Origin: Ignavibacteria bacterium
Lineage (GTDB): Bacteria; Bacteroidota; Ignavibacteria; Kapaibacteriales; UBA961
DNA length: 64,000 nt
Assembly: GCA_016720145.1 (NCBI GenBank)
Contig: JADJXV010000024.1
Span: 130,726-194,725, forward strand
Direction: 5' to 3'
A model generated the notes under the pieces. The model was not told the DNA's origin. It ran no database searches and worked only from the letters and a program-made list of their open reading frames with translations. How positions within the stretch are numbered: position 1 is the stretch's first letter; each line of letters opens with the position of its first letter. A program made the position numbers and the translations under genes. This document shows positions 29,458-39,774 of the stretch, in pieces.

Positions 29458-30018
29458 ATGATTAAGTTAATTTATATTCTAATAGTTATGTTCGTCATTG
29501 GATGTGGTAGTAATCCTTCCGGTACTCCTGTCAATCCCGAACATGCGCCGCCGACGACAGTTGTGATGCAGTTCATTCGCCTTGATTCTGTGGGGAAAGC
29601 TTTGGACACTTTTACTTGTACAGTACGTGATACTGCGAATGTTAAAGGGAAGCCACGTGTAGAGGGTGGTCTTAATTTGCTGACCAATACCAAATATTTA
29701 GGTTCACTTCGACTACTCGACGAATCACAAATACCTGCCAAAGATGTTACGGATGAAATAGTTGTAGAAAAAGATGCTCATGTCTTTCGATACACCGTCA
29801 AGGGGGATGATCCGAATGCAATAGTGATATCTGATATCGAAAAGGACACCAAAGGGTTCGATTTTGGGCTCAGTTTTCGAGCAACGACCTTACCGGGGAA
29901 AGTGACGATTCTCGCTGGTGTGATTACTCTCACACTCGAACATCACGACGATGGAAATAAAAACGGCGCAACGTTCGATACGGATATCAATCAGGATTTT
30001 CCGTTTGTCATAAAGTAG
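29458..30018 (+). CDS. Hypothetical lipoprotein downstream of the TonB-dependent receptor
   Basis: MIKLIYILIVMFVIGCGSNP has a lipobox. 186 aa. Confidence 0.5.
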   Translation: MIKLIYILIVMFVIGCGSNPSGTPVNPEHAPPTTVVMQFIRLDSVGKALDTFTCTVRDTANVKGKPRVEGGLNLLTNTKYLGSLRLLDESQIPAKDVTDEIVVEKDAHVFRYTVKGDDPNAIVISDIEKDTKGFDFGLSFRATTLPGKVTILAGVITLTLEHHDDGNKNGATFDTDINQDFPFVIK

Positions 30019-30163
30019 GGAGGTGGTGGGTCTGGCAAGTATGTCAGATATTTGAAGGTAGGGTTCCGCATTAATTTCCTGAATGAACAGATTAGTATCC
30101 TTAGCCCTGTAAGGGCGACCTGTTTGTAGCCATTACGTCCCAAAAAGAATCATCTTAGCACCA

Positions 30164-30210
30164 GGGGTGCGACCTGTTTATTGCGCTAACATGCACAAAC
30201 AGGTCGCACC
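30164..30210. repeat. 14-bp-stem hairpin (GGTGCGACCTGTTT...AAACAGGTCGCACC) with degenerate neighbouring copies
   Basis: Perfect inverted repeat read directly. Related half-sites occur at 30113 and 30248. Confidence 0.7.
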
Positions 30211-30410
30211 TACGGCGCTAATAACTGTTTTTGATACTCATTATCTACAATCAGGTCGCTCCTCTGGAGCTAATCAACTCGCTGCAATAGTGATGAGGAA
30301 ATACAAATTTAGTGACTAACCTCAGCTATTTCACGTGAACTATTGAGAAGACGTTGATACGAGTATGACAAGCAGAATCAATCAGCGCAAATCATACAAA
30401 ATCAACGTTA

Positions 30411-31250
30411 TCAGCGTTCCTTTTCATACAGCCACCATCGCTTCGTATGCAGCAAATTCTTACCGAATGGATTCAGATAGTCAAGGAATATCATAGGGAT
30501 AGAGGGTTTGGCTGGTGGAGGAGATTGAATCGACATACGTCCGTAACCACCACAGACATATACAACAGGATGTCTGAAATCAAAATACTCCTTACGAGCT
30601 TTTACAGCATCTTTGCTTTTTACAACTCTCACACTCGGAAGCAACTTCTTAAGAAACGGCATAGCGTCTTTGCCGAAAGATATTCTTTCTTGGTAAAAGC
30701 GTACTTGTAACATTGTATTTAGAATCTCATCCATCATCGTTATCATATTTTGATAAACAGTTTCATCCGAAATGGTAATACTATAAATAAGTTGATGGAT
30801 ATTCGGCTGTAACCCAATGCGGCGCAAGGAGTCCAAGACATGAGGCAGTCGCGGGTCACGAATGGAGATTGCGAACGAAGATTCGATATTCATAGGATTA
30901 TTTTTGACGGAGATGTTCAGCGTGTCACGATCGAGGTGGAGTTCGAGGATTTTAATGCAATCGACTTCATAAATCGTAGCAGTTTTTTTTCGAAGCGCCG
31001 ACGGATGCGCGAGGGAACGCCAAACAGTATCTTGAATGAAAATTGTATCGGTGGGTCTCCAGCTTATAGATTCATAGAAGTCCGAGATATACATCTCCAG
31101 AACTGTCGGATGCGCATCTTCATAGACAGCAAGCGCTTCTGTGGCAAAGGATTGCAAACGCAGCACTGCAAGGAATGCGGCAAATATCATCAAACATAGG
31201 ATTTCTGTGATGATAATTGAGCGGCGTTTTGGTTTGGGGCGGTGGCGCAT
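30411..31250 (-). CDS. Hypothetical membrane-anchored protein
   Basis: N-terminal basic stretch plus a TM (IIITEILCLMIFAAFLAVL). 279 aa. Confidence 0.45.
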   Translation of the reverse strand: MRHRPKPKRRSIIITEILCLMIFAAFLAVLRLQSFATEALAVYEDAHPTVLEMYISDFYESISWRPTDTIFIQDTVWRSLAHPSALRKKTATIYEVDCIKILELHLDRDTLNISVKNNPMNIESSFAISIRDPRLPHVLDSLRRIGLQPNIHQLIYSITISDETVYQNMITMMDEILNTMLQVRFYQERISFGKDAMPFLKKLLPSVRVVKSKDAVKARKEYFDFRHPVVYVCGGYGRMSIQSPPPAKPSIPMIFLDYLNPFGKNLLHTKRWWLYEKER

Positions 31251-31375
31251 AACAAAGCTTACTTCATTGTTTCAAAAGCTCAATATGACAATTATTACAG
31301 AAATAATAGTACGAAACAGGTTACCTCTCCGCTTTCTACTATTTGAGTAGGTAATGGCTCGTACTGGGGTCAAAT

Positions 31376-32410
31376 CTATAATTTTTTATGTCTAATTGTC
31401 AAAAGATAATCTTTCATGCTATTGATACTGGCTTCGGGTAATTGATAGGCAACTTGCGGGGTACGCGGTAAGACAATTTCAAAGAAAATATATTCGTTGA
31501 TATGTTTGTTATGGACGGCTTCATTTAAAATAGTAAACTGAGCACCTGTAAAATCATACTTAAGATTTTTTGGAGGGTCATTTTTTACATTTTCCATAGT
31601 TACGAGCACTGAAACGAGACATTCTTTATCCTCATCTGTTGAATATTGACCAGGTTGAACTCCCATTGATTCTTTATACCCGGGTTCATACTCCCATATC
31701 GCTTTACCAATTGCATAACCCGTCCACTCACCACTAGCAGCAACACTAATTTTCGTATCCGAAACTTTATTCAAAGTGATTTGAGGATTAAAACACCAAT
31801 CTTCAATATTCCTCTTGTCCTTCTCAAAAATTGAAATCAATGCTTTCTTAATTCTTGGATTGTTTCTATTTAAAATTTGTGCTATAGCTATTTCCTCTAC
31901 AGCTTCATCAAGGTTGTTGGTAAGAACATACGTATCGGCCAAGAACCAATGTGCCATGTAATCTATGTAATTATTGCGTATGGCCTTTTTGTACCAAAGG
32001 ATAGCATTGTCATAATCACCTTTTTGTCCATAGACCTGTCCGATATAAGTCATCGCAAAATAGAGCTTTGGGTCTTCTTCCAGTAGTAATTTGTAATAAA
32101 TTAAGGCACTATCTGAGTTGCCGGCAGCAAAATGATTTTCAGCTATATCTGCTAAAAGCTTTGCTTTGCCTTCTATTCGATATGGATAGGTAATAATTCC
32201 CGAATCTGTAGCTACCCTATAGCTATAATTAATATTGAGATTATCAGAATTATCCTTACACTCGATTGGTTCTTCCAATTGTCCGAAAGTGTATGTTAGC
32301 TTTGATTCAACTGCAATTTTTAAGAGTTCTGCAGAATTATGCAATTTCTGAGAATATGCTTCTGATGACAGAAAAACTACGAGTACAACGGATAGTATAT
32401 ACTTGACCAT
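31376..32410 (-). CDS. Secreted tetratricopeptide-repeat protein
   Basis: Signal peptide MVKYILSVVLVVFLSSEAYSQ. TPR-like W/Y/A periodicity (AILWYKKAI, YFAMTYIGQVY). Confidence 0.6.
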   Translation of the reverse strand: MVKYILSVVLVVFLSSEAYSQKLHNSAELLKIAVESKLTYTFGQLEEPIECKDNSDNLNINYSYRVATDSGIITYPYRIEGKAKLLADIAENHFAAGNSDSALIYYKLLLEEDPKLYFAMTYIGQVYGQKGDYDNAILWYKKAIRNNYIDYMAHWFLADTYVLTNNLDEAVEEIAIAQILNRNNPRIKKALISIFEKDKRNIEDWCFNPQITLNKVSDTKISVAASGEWTGYAIGKAIWEYEPGYKESMGVQPGQYSTDEDKECLVSVLVTMENVKNDPPKNLKYDFTGAQFTILNEAVHNKHINEYIFFEIVLPRTPQVAYQLPEASINSMKDYLLTIRHKKL

Positions 32411-32598
32411 AATATTAAAAAATATTTGAGAATAATAAATGTGCCTAATTTTGACGTTTGAAGAACAAAGATTAAGCCGCAACTTAATAAAAATATTTGA
32501 AGTTACAATTGTATAATGAATATTCCGGTGTAGTATTCTGAATCAAAATCCATTCGATACTAACACAAAATGTGGTGTGAGAATTGACTCAAATAAAT

Positions 32599-33858
32599 TC
32601 AAATTCTGACCCCACCAGCCCACACCTCCGCCGCATGATTAATCCCAAAATGATAGACAAGTTCGGGATATTCGGCGCAGTCTGCGATGATAAAGTCGGC
32701 ATATTTCCCCACCTCGAGCGAACCAACTAGATGCGAAAATTCGAGGGCTGCTGCGCCATTCAGCGTAGCAGCGGTGAGCGCTTCTTCGACGGTCATTTTC
32801 ATACCCGAACATGCAAGGGAGAGGATAGTCTGCATATTTTCCGTAAAACACGAACCCGGATTGCAGTCGGTAGCAAGTGCGATAGCAGCGCCACGCTCGA
32901 TCATTTTGCGTGCAGGAGCATACGGCAAGCGGAGTGTGTAAGCTGTTCCGGGTAAAAGGGTTGCAATCGTTCCATGTTTTGCCATATCATCAATTCCATC
33001 ATCCGAAATAAAGAGTAGATGATCGGCACTCACTGCGCCTATTATAGCAGCCATCGAAGCCGCGCTCACATCGGAGAGTTCGTCTGCGTGGACTTTTACT
33101 CGCATTCCGGCATCGAGCGCTGTGTGGAGGATACGTTCGGACTGTGCCACCGTATAATAGCCGGTATCGGTAAAGACATCGCAGAAGTCAGCGAGACCTT
33201 CACTTGCGACGGCAGGGATCATTTCATTGCAGATAAGATCAATATATCCTTCGTTGTTATTGCTGTACTCAGGAGGGAAATCATGCGCTCCGAGAAAGGT
33301 GGTTATTACCCGAATCGGAAGTTCGGCTTTCAATGTGCGAGCAGCGCGGAGGAGCTTGAGTTCGCTTTCGAGTGTGAGTCCGTACCCGCTTTTAATCTCG
33401 ATAGTTGTCGTTCCGTGGCGCATGGCGCTGTGGGCGAGGCGGCGTCCGACGGCTTCGATTTCTTCCTGAGAGGCGGCGCGGACGGCGTTCATCGTGCGGA
33501 GGATTCCACCACCTTCAGCTGCGATTTGCTGATAGCTTTCTCCGCGAAGTCGTCTGGCAAATTCGTCTGATCGGCTACCGGCGAAGACGATATGTGTGTG
33601 GGAGTCCACAAAGCCGGGAAGCACGGTCTTGCCGGTGCAATCTATGACTTGGGTTGGTTGATAATTATGAACAAGGCAGAATGCCTGAGCATCTCTACTC
33701 GTTCCTGTCCAAAGGATTTTATCATCAACAAGCATTGCCGCATTGCGGATTTCGCCGATTGATTGCATGTCGCTTCCGGATTTTTTGAGAGCGCCGTTTG
33801 CTGCGGAAGTGACGAGTGACGATATGTTTGTAAGCAGTGTAAGCATTTTAATAGTCAA
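32599..33858 (-). CDS. hutI: Imidazolonepropionase (amidohydrolase)
   Basis: GFVDSHTHIVFAGSR, KVHADE, ATDCNPGS motifs. 419 aa. Confidence 0.8.
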   Translation of the reverse strand: MTIKMLTLLTNISSLVTSAANGALKKSGSDMQSIGEIRNAAMLVDDKILWTGTSRDAQAFCLVHNYQPTQVIDCTGKTVLPGFVDSHTHIVFAGSRSDEFARRLRGESYQQIAAEGGGILRTMNAVRAASQEEIEAVGRRLAHSAMRHGTTTIEIKSGYGLTLESELKLLRAARTLKAELPIRVITTFLGAHDFPPEYSNNNEGYIDLICNEMIPAVASEGLADFCDVFTDTGYYTVAQSERILHTALDAGMRVKVHADELSDVSAASMAAIIGAVSADHLLFISDDGIDDMAKHGTIATLLPGTAYTLRLPYAPARKMIERGAAIALATDCNPGSCFTENMQTILSLACSGMKMTVEEALTAATLNGAAALEFSHLVGSLEVGKYADFIIADCAEYPELVYHFGINHAAEVWAGGVRI

Positions 33859-33868
33859 TTATTTAGTA

Positions 33869-33916
33869 TAAAAAAAACCTCTTGGTGCGGACTAAAGTCT
33901 CCAAGAGGTTTTTTTA
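33869..33916 (-). terminator. Rho-independent terminator downstream of dnaN
   Basis: AACCTCTTGG...CCAAGAGGTT hairpin flanked by A/T runs. Confidence 0.6.
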
Positions 33917-33938
33917 AAAGAACATTTCAACATATAAC

Positions 33939-35054
33939 TTATGCTAAGCGTACAGGCATCACGAGCATGAGGAGTGTATTCTCATCGCGCATAGGTGTAA
34001 TGAGCGTGGCACGAGTAGGGCTGGAAAAACTAAATTTCACTTCGGCTTGATTATCATCGCTCACTAAGTGCTGGAGTGCTTCGACGACATAGCGGTAATT
34101 GAAGCCAATCTCGAACAATGTACCGGTATAATCACAAGACAGACTTTCAGACGCATTGCTGCCGGAGTCATCATCTTCGCCACTGATAGTTAAAGTATTA
34201 TTGAACGCTGCGAACCGAATTTGCTTTGATGTATCACTTGTAAAAATTGCGACACGTTTGATAGCTGAAAGCAAATCTTTAGGATTGACGGCTACTGCTT
34301 TATCATTATCTGTCGGAATGACATTTTCATACGGTGGGAAGCGTTCGTCGATGACGCGGGTGATGATGGTAGAATTCGAAAACACAAACTGTGCATGGGT
34401 TTTCGTGAGATATACATCGACTCCGGAATCGACTTTTTTGAGTAATTCTATGGTACGGGAAGGTATTATGATATCCAAATCAGCAGGGAAATCTCCTGCT
34501 TCATTTTGAATAATCACCCGTGAAAGGCGATAGCTGTCGGTTGCGGCTGTCCGTACTTCAGTGCCACGGAATTGGAAGAGTACACCGGTCATGGCAGGAC
34601 GATATTCATCAGTTGAAACGGCGAAACCTGTTTTGGTAGCTATCAGCAACATATCCTCTTGTCTGAAATGAATTTGATCGCTTTCCGGGAAGGTGGGAAT
34701 GGATGGGAAATCTTCATAATTAAGCCCATTCATAGCATATTTACCGAAGGGTGTAACGAGTGAAATGAGGTTTTGAGCATTGACCGAAATTTGAAGTAAC
34801 CCTTCAGTTCCTAAAGCTTTAACAATATCATTCAATTTTCTGGCAGGAATAAGTACTTTTCCTGCTACTTCATTGGTGACCGGAGTAGAAGCAAAAATTG
34901 TGAGCTCTTGATCGGTAGCAACTAAAGTAAGAATTCCACCTGCAACTGTGCAGAGATAATGCTCGAGGACGGGGAGGGTTGATTTGGGAGGAATTGCCGG
35001 CATCGTGCGGCCAATAATTTGCTGAAATTCTGAGAGAGAGATAGAAAATTTCAT
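33939..35054 (-). CDS. dnaN: DNA polymerase III beta subunit (sliding clamp)
   Basis: MKFSISLSEFQQIIGRT... three-domain clamp architecture, ~370 aa, C-terminal ...MPVRL. Confidence 0.9.
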   Translation of the reverse strand: MKFSISLSEFQQIIGRTMPAIPPKSTLPVLEHYLCTVAGGILTLVATDQELTIFASTPVTNEVAGKVLIPARKLNDIVKALGTEGLLQISVNAQNLISLVTPFGKYAMNGLNYEDFPSIPTFPESDQIHFRQEDMLLIATKTGFAVSTDEYRPAMTGVLFQFRGTEVRTAATDSYRLSRVIIQNEAGDFPADLDIIIPSRTIELLKKVDSGVDVYLTKTHAQFVFSNSTIITRVIDERFPPYENVIPTDNDKAVAVNPKDLLSAIKRVAIFTSDTSKQIRFAAFNNTLTISGEDDDSGSNASESLSCDYTGTLFEIGFNYRYVVEALQHLVSDDNQAEVKFSFSSPTRATLITPMRDENTLLMLVMPVRLA

Positions 35055-35150
35055 GATTTTGCTTTCAAACAAAGGATGAGAGAGGACAATTTGTTATTTT
35101 GGCGTGCAAATTACGAAAATCGCTCTATTTGGGAAAGAAGGAATTCAAGA

Positions 35151-35810
35151 ATGTTGACAAGATATGGATATGATAACGCCGCTATAATGATTTGTGTTGG
35201 TTTGGTTATAATTGGGGTGGCTTTTATGTTCGCACGAGGATGGTTTGCCTGGCTGCTTTCTATTCTCGGAGGCGTGATAATATGTTTTACATTATGGTTT
35301 TTTCGGGATCCGAATCGTATAATTCCCTCCGAAGCACTGACTGATGAATCGGTGCTGCTTGCGCCGGCTGACGGAAAAATCGTCGAAGTCACGCCTGTCC
35401 GCGAAGAGAATTATTTACATTCGGATGCAGTACAGATTAGTATTTTTCTCTCGCCTTTAGATGTGCATGTGAACCGTTCGCCGGTGACAGGAATTGTAGG
35501 ATTTTATAAATATATGCCCGGTGATTATTTGGTGGCGTGGCATCCGAAATCATCCGAACTCAATGAACAGTCAAGAATTGGCGTGCAGACGAAATTCGGA
35601 AAAGTCTTATTCAAGCAGATTACCGGTTACCTTGCACGAAGAATTGTCTGTGAAGTGCGAGAAGGCGACACAATCCAATCGGGTGATAAAATTGGGATGA
35701 TGAAATTCGGCTCACGAATGGATATAATTGTACCCACAAGCAGCATTCTCAATGTAAAAATTGGCGATGTCGTCGTCGGAGGTGAGACAATACTCGGACG
35801 ACTGAAGTAG
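35151..35810 (+). CDS. psd: Phosphatidylserine decarboxylase proenzyme
   Basis: N-terminal TMs. FGSRMD pyruvoyl-forming serine motif near the C-terminus. The ORF-track start at 35076 is probably too far upstream. Confidence 0.75.
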   Translation: MLTRYGYDNAAIMICVGLVIIGVAFMFARGWFAWLLSILGGVIICFTLWFFRDPNRIIPSEALTDESVLLAPADGKIVEVTPVREENYLHSDAVQISIFLSPLDVHVNRSPVTGIVGFYKYMPGDYLVAWHPKSSELNEQSRIGVQTKFGKVLFKQITGYLARRIVCEVREGDTIQSGDKIGMMKFGSRMDIIVPTSSILNVKIGDVVVGGETILGRLK

Positions 35811-36060
35811 TATTTTTTTGATTGATTTAAAGTGGCTTACGTCAAGAAAAGCCCTATCGAACTTTTTTAAGTAAGGTAGGGCTTTTGTATTTGTCAAGGG
35901 GGAGAATCGATGAAGAAATTTGGCTACATTTGTAATGTGTTCTGTATCTATCGTGAGTCTGCAATAAATACAAGAGATACGTAAATCATAGTATCGCTTT
36001 AGTAATTAAGAAGATACGGCAGATTAGGTTGATTTTATAAATTACTTTGGAGTGTAGTCG

Positions 36061-37407
36061 ATGAAGCAATTAGTACTTGTTCTGATTTTCATTTTTGTAT
36101 CGTTGAGTTCATTCGTAAGCGGAAAGGAAACTCAGCCCTTGCGAAGTGGTCCGATGGTCTGTTATGTCGAAATGCGAGAGGCGATGATATGGGTGCAAAC
36201 TCATTATCAGGCGAAGGTTAAAGCTCAGTATTGGGACAGCACCGACACCAAGAAAATACTGGTGACGAATACTTTTGAAACTGAAAAAAGAATGGCATTT
36301 ACAGCGAAAATAATCGCTGATGAAGTGCAGCCGGGGCGAACGTATTTTTATGAGATATTCATTGACGACCGCAAGCAAGTATGTGCCTATCCTACTTTTT
36401 TTCGAACGCCGAAGCAATGGAAGTGGCGGGAAAATCCACCTGATTTTAGTGTAGCTGTCGGAAGCTGCTTATATGTAAATGAACCTGATTACGATCGACC
36501 CGGCAAAGGTTATGGCGGGGAATATTCAATATTTACAAGTATTTACGATAAAAAACCTGATGTAATGCTGTGGTTAGGTGACAATACTTACCTCCGTGAA
36601 GCAGATTGGAATACTCCCACAGGAATTTTGCATCGCTATAGTCATACACGGAGCTTGCCTGAGTTACAGCCGCTTCTTGCATCTACAGCTAATTACGCAA
36701 TCTGGGACGATCATGATTACGGACCGAACGATTCGGACAGAGGATTTTGGAACAAAGAAACATCGCTCGGGGCGTTTACATTATTTTGGGGGAATCCATC
36801 GTTTGGATTTAATGGAAAGCCGGGTATAACGACCACTTTTGAATATGCAGATGCACAGTTTTTCTTGTTGGATAATAGATACTACCGGTCACCCAACAAA
36901 CGAAAAACAGGTGAACGTCGAATTTTGGGGAAAGAGCAAATCGATTGGCTCATCGATAATCTCGCAACGAGCACTGCTACTTTCAAGATAATTGCTATTG
37001 GCGGTCAAGTGTTGAATCCTGTTGCTAAATATGAGAATTACGCGAATTACCCTGAAGAATTATCTGAACTTTTGACTGCGATAGAACGTGAAAATATAAA
37101 AGGGGTACTTTTTCTATCCGGCGACCGACATCACTCAGAATTGACAAAGTTAAATCGCGCCGGTACATATCCTCTGTATGATGTAACATCATCGCCTCTA
37201 ACGTCAAATTTTCATGCAGATGACGGTGAGCAGAATACATTGAGAGTACCGGGAACTCTCGTCAATGAACGTAATTTCTCTGTGTTACGATTTCAAGGTG
37301 TGGGTGCGGAACGTGTAGTAAATATAACTGATTATTCAGCAACAGGTAAGGAAATTTGGAAGCATAGTATTAAAGCGGTCGATTTACAACCGGAATCTAA
37401 AAAGTAA
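36061..37407 (+). CDS. PhoD-like alkaline phosphatase / metallophosphatase
   Basis: Signal peptide. WLGDNTY, WDDHDYGPND, LSGDRHH motifs. Confidence 0.75.
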   Translation: MKQLVLVLIFIFVSLSSFVSGKETQPLRSGPMVCYVEMREAMIWVQTHYQAKVKAQYWDSTDTKKILVTNTFETEKRMAFTAKIIADEVQPGRTYFYEIFIDDRKQVCAYPTFFRTPKQWKWRENPPDFSVAVGSCLYVNEPDYDRPGKGYGGEYSIFTSIYDKKPDVMLWLGDNTYLREADWNTPTGILHRYSHTRSLPELQPLLASTANYAIWDDHDYGPNDSDRGFWNKETSLGAFTLFWGNPSFGFNGKPGITTTFEYADAQFFLLDNRYYRSPNKRKTGERRILGKEQIDWLIDNLATSTATFKIIAIGGQVLNPVAKYENYANYPEELSELLTAIERENIKGVLFLSGDRHHSELTKLNRAGTYPLYDVTSSPLTSNFHADDGEQNTLRVPGTLVNERNFSVLRFQGVGAERVVNITDYSATGKEIWKHSIKAVDLQPESKK

Positions 37408-37593
37408 GGTAAAACAATCTTCGGTTTCGTATCACGAGCTAGGGTATTCAAAAGATAATCCAATTGAGAGAATGTATGTACAATTTGAAAATTACTATAG
37501 AACAATAACGATTTTACATATTTATTAATCACATAACTGTTTGATATCACTGTATTTATTTTGACAATCTACTGTCACTGAATTGAATTACAC

Positions 37594-38781
37594 ATGAAAT
37601 TAGTTACTATACTTATTATATCTTTTCTTTGTGCTCATTTGATGATGTTTTCATCCGTTCAAGAAAACACTAAACCAAAGAAAATCGTTGTCATTGAATC
37701 GAATAATGTTCGCTTGGATGACAAGGAAAATACGATTCCCTTTCGTGTAGATATAAACGACAGTTCTGTGTATAAGCTCCGTGACTACATCAAATCTCAA
37801 ATTAGCATTTCGACAGAATCCGATCCTCAGATAATTTTTTCACTCATGGAATGGGTACGGAATCAATGGCAACATGATGGATTTAGTGAGCCACCACCGG
37901 ATGCAACATCATTAGAAATTCTACAATTGGCGAGTAAAGGTGCGAAATTTAGCTGTAATGAATATGGTGCAGTTTTTTCGGATGTATTATTGTCAATGGG
38001 GTACATTTCAAGAATAGTGAACCTTAACTCAATTGATATAGCATACGGTCCACTCGGGATGGGACATGTTGCCTCCGAAGTATGGTCAAATACTATGCAA
38101 AAATGGATGTTTATCGATCCTCAGTTTTGTATCAGTGCCCAGCACAAAGGTCAATACTTAAGCTATTATGATATCTATCAGTTGCGTAAGCAGGGAAAGT
38201 ACAATGATATTGAATTTATGGTGCCGAGTTCCCATTTAAAAAAAATCAATCAGACGAAAGCAGCTGTTGTAAGTGAGTACCGTAAATTCATTCAAAATTA
38301 TTTTGGATACCTAGTAACTCCTTATCGAAGAAGTAACTTTAGCAGTCTGATTGTCCTCATGCTCGACGCGAAAGAACAGTTTCTCACCAATCAAGGGCTT
38401 TCTTCCCATCCTCTTGTCTTTACTCATGATCCGAAAGATTTTTACTTCCCTATTAATCGAACATTAGTCGTGTTTAATTATCAGGCATTTTCTCCGAGCT
38501 GGAGTCAGATAGTGAGTGAATATCAGCTGCAGACAATGGATGACTACAAAAAAAACATGTATAAATTCGCCGCAAAGCCTGACTTTACTCTACTATTTCA
38601 AAATAACATGCCTTGGTTTGATCACTATGAGTTCAAAAATGAAAATGGTGAGTGGATTCCATTACAAAATGATTTAGTAAATTGGGTAGCAAAGGATGGA
38701 CTCAATACTATTCATGCCCGCGCTGTAAATGTAATGGGTGTATGCGGACCGGCGACCACTGTTAAAATTAGGTATGAGTAA
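37594..38781 (+). CDS. Secreted transglutaminase-like cysteine protease-fold protein
   Basis: Signal peptide. Catalytic-triad-like FSCNEYG ... GMGHVASEVW ... FIDPQF. Confidence 0.55.
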   Translation: MKLVTILIISFLCAHLMMFSSVQENTKPKKIVVIESNNVRLDDKENTIPFRVDINDSSVYKLRDYIKSQISISTESDPQIIFSLMEWVRNQWQHDGFSEPPPDATSLEILQLASKGAKFSCNEYGAVFSDVLLSMGYISRIVNLNSIDIAYGPLGMGHVASEVWSNTMQKWMFIDPQFCISAQHKGQYLSYYDIYQLRKQGKYNDIEFMVPSSHLKKINQTKAAVVSEYRKFIQNYFGYLVTPYRRSNFSSLIVLMLDAKEQFLTNQGLSSHPLVFTHDPKDFYFPINRTLVVFNYQAFSPSWSQIVSEYQLQTMDDYKKNMYKFAAKPDFTLLFQNNMPWFDHYEFKNENGEWIPLQNDLVNWVAKDGLNTIHARAVNVMGVCGPATTVKIRYE

Positions 38782-38885
38782 GTGTTTTTAAATATAATGA
38801 TCTATTTGAAGTCCGAGATTCCTCAATAGTTGTGATGATGATTAACTCATTGTATTGATTATGGTTGAATTAACAGTCCGGAAAA

Positions 38886-39584
38886 TTGAAGGATATTGAT
38901 TTGCAAAAAAGTAAAGAAGATAAGATCAAGATACCGACTATATTGTTGATAGAAGGGCGACCAATTGTACAAGAAGCATTGAAGCTATTCCTTGTGTCGG
39001 ATATGGATATGAATGTTCAGACCGCAAAGTCGTACAAAGAGGCAATTCCAATTCTCAAAAAGACAACTAGTAATCACGATACAAAAAGCAATAAAATCGA
39101 TCTGATTCTCTTTGATGTAGTCTGGGCAAAAGGTGAGAGTCTTGAAATGGTTCAATCTATTAAAAAAGATTTCCCGAGTATTCCAATCTTGGTGATGAGT
39201 ACAGGATATGATGACAAGCTCGCTACTCGTGTTCTGAAATTAGGGGCATCCGGCTATAAATCTTGTTTGGCGTCTATTGAGCAGTTCCAAGAAGGTCTCC
39301 TCACTGTTCTCTCCGGTAGAACATATATCAGTCCACTCGTCACCAAGCAGGTGTTTGCCGATTCCTTCCAACAAGCCGACATGACAGCGCATGAAGTGCT
39401 CTCAGATCGTGAATTTCAAATTCTTATTATGATTGCTCTGGGAAAGACTGTCGGGGAAATAGGATTGGATTTACAACTGAGTGTCAAGACTATAAGTACA
39501 TACCGAACAAGAGTATTAGAGAAGTTAAACTTGAAGAATAATTCACAGATTATGCAATATTCCGTTAAGAATAGTTTGATTTGA
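38886..39584 (+). CDS. Response regulator, NarL/FixJ (LuxR) family
   Basis: REC domain (ILLIEGRP..., DLILFDVVW, K near 105) plus a C-terminal LuxR HTH (LSDREFQILIMIALGKTVGEIGLDLQLSVKTISTYRTRVLEKL). The start is a TTG. Confidence 0.75.
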   Translation: MKDIDLQKSKEDKIKIPTILLIEGRPIVQEALKLFLVSDMDMNVQTAKSYKEAIPILKKTTSNHDTKSNKIDLILFDVVWAKGESLEMVQSIKKDFPSIPILVMSTGYDDKLATRVLKLGASGYKSCLASIEQFQEGLLTVLSGRTYISPLVTKQVFADSFQQADMTAHEVLSDREFQILIMIALGKTVGEIGLDLQLSVKTISTYRTRVLEKLNLKNNSQIMQYSVKNSLI

Positions 39585-39694
39585 AGGATAGCGTGGAAAA
39601 TAATCGCAGTATAAATTGACAAGATATCTTGTGACTCTCAGATAAAACTTCAGTTATTTAAATTGAGGATATCAATGAAGTTAACTAAAACATC

Positions 39695-39737
39695 TAACTA
39701 AAAAGGGCTGTTCATTGAACAGCCCTTTTTAGTTAGA
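39695..39737. terminator. Bidirectional rho-independent terminator
   Basis: ctaactaaaaagggctgttcattgaacagccctttttagttag, between convergent genes. Confidence 0.8.
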
Positions 39738-39774
39738 ATCGATTGAGGATAAAAGTAAGAAATACTGAAGGTTC

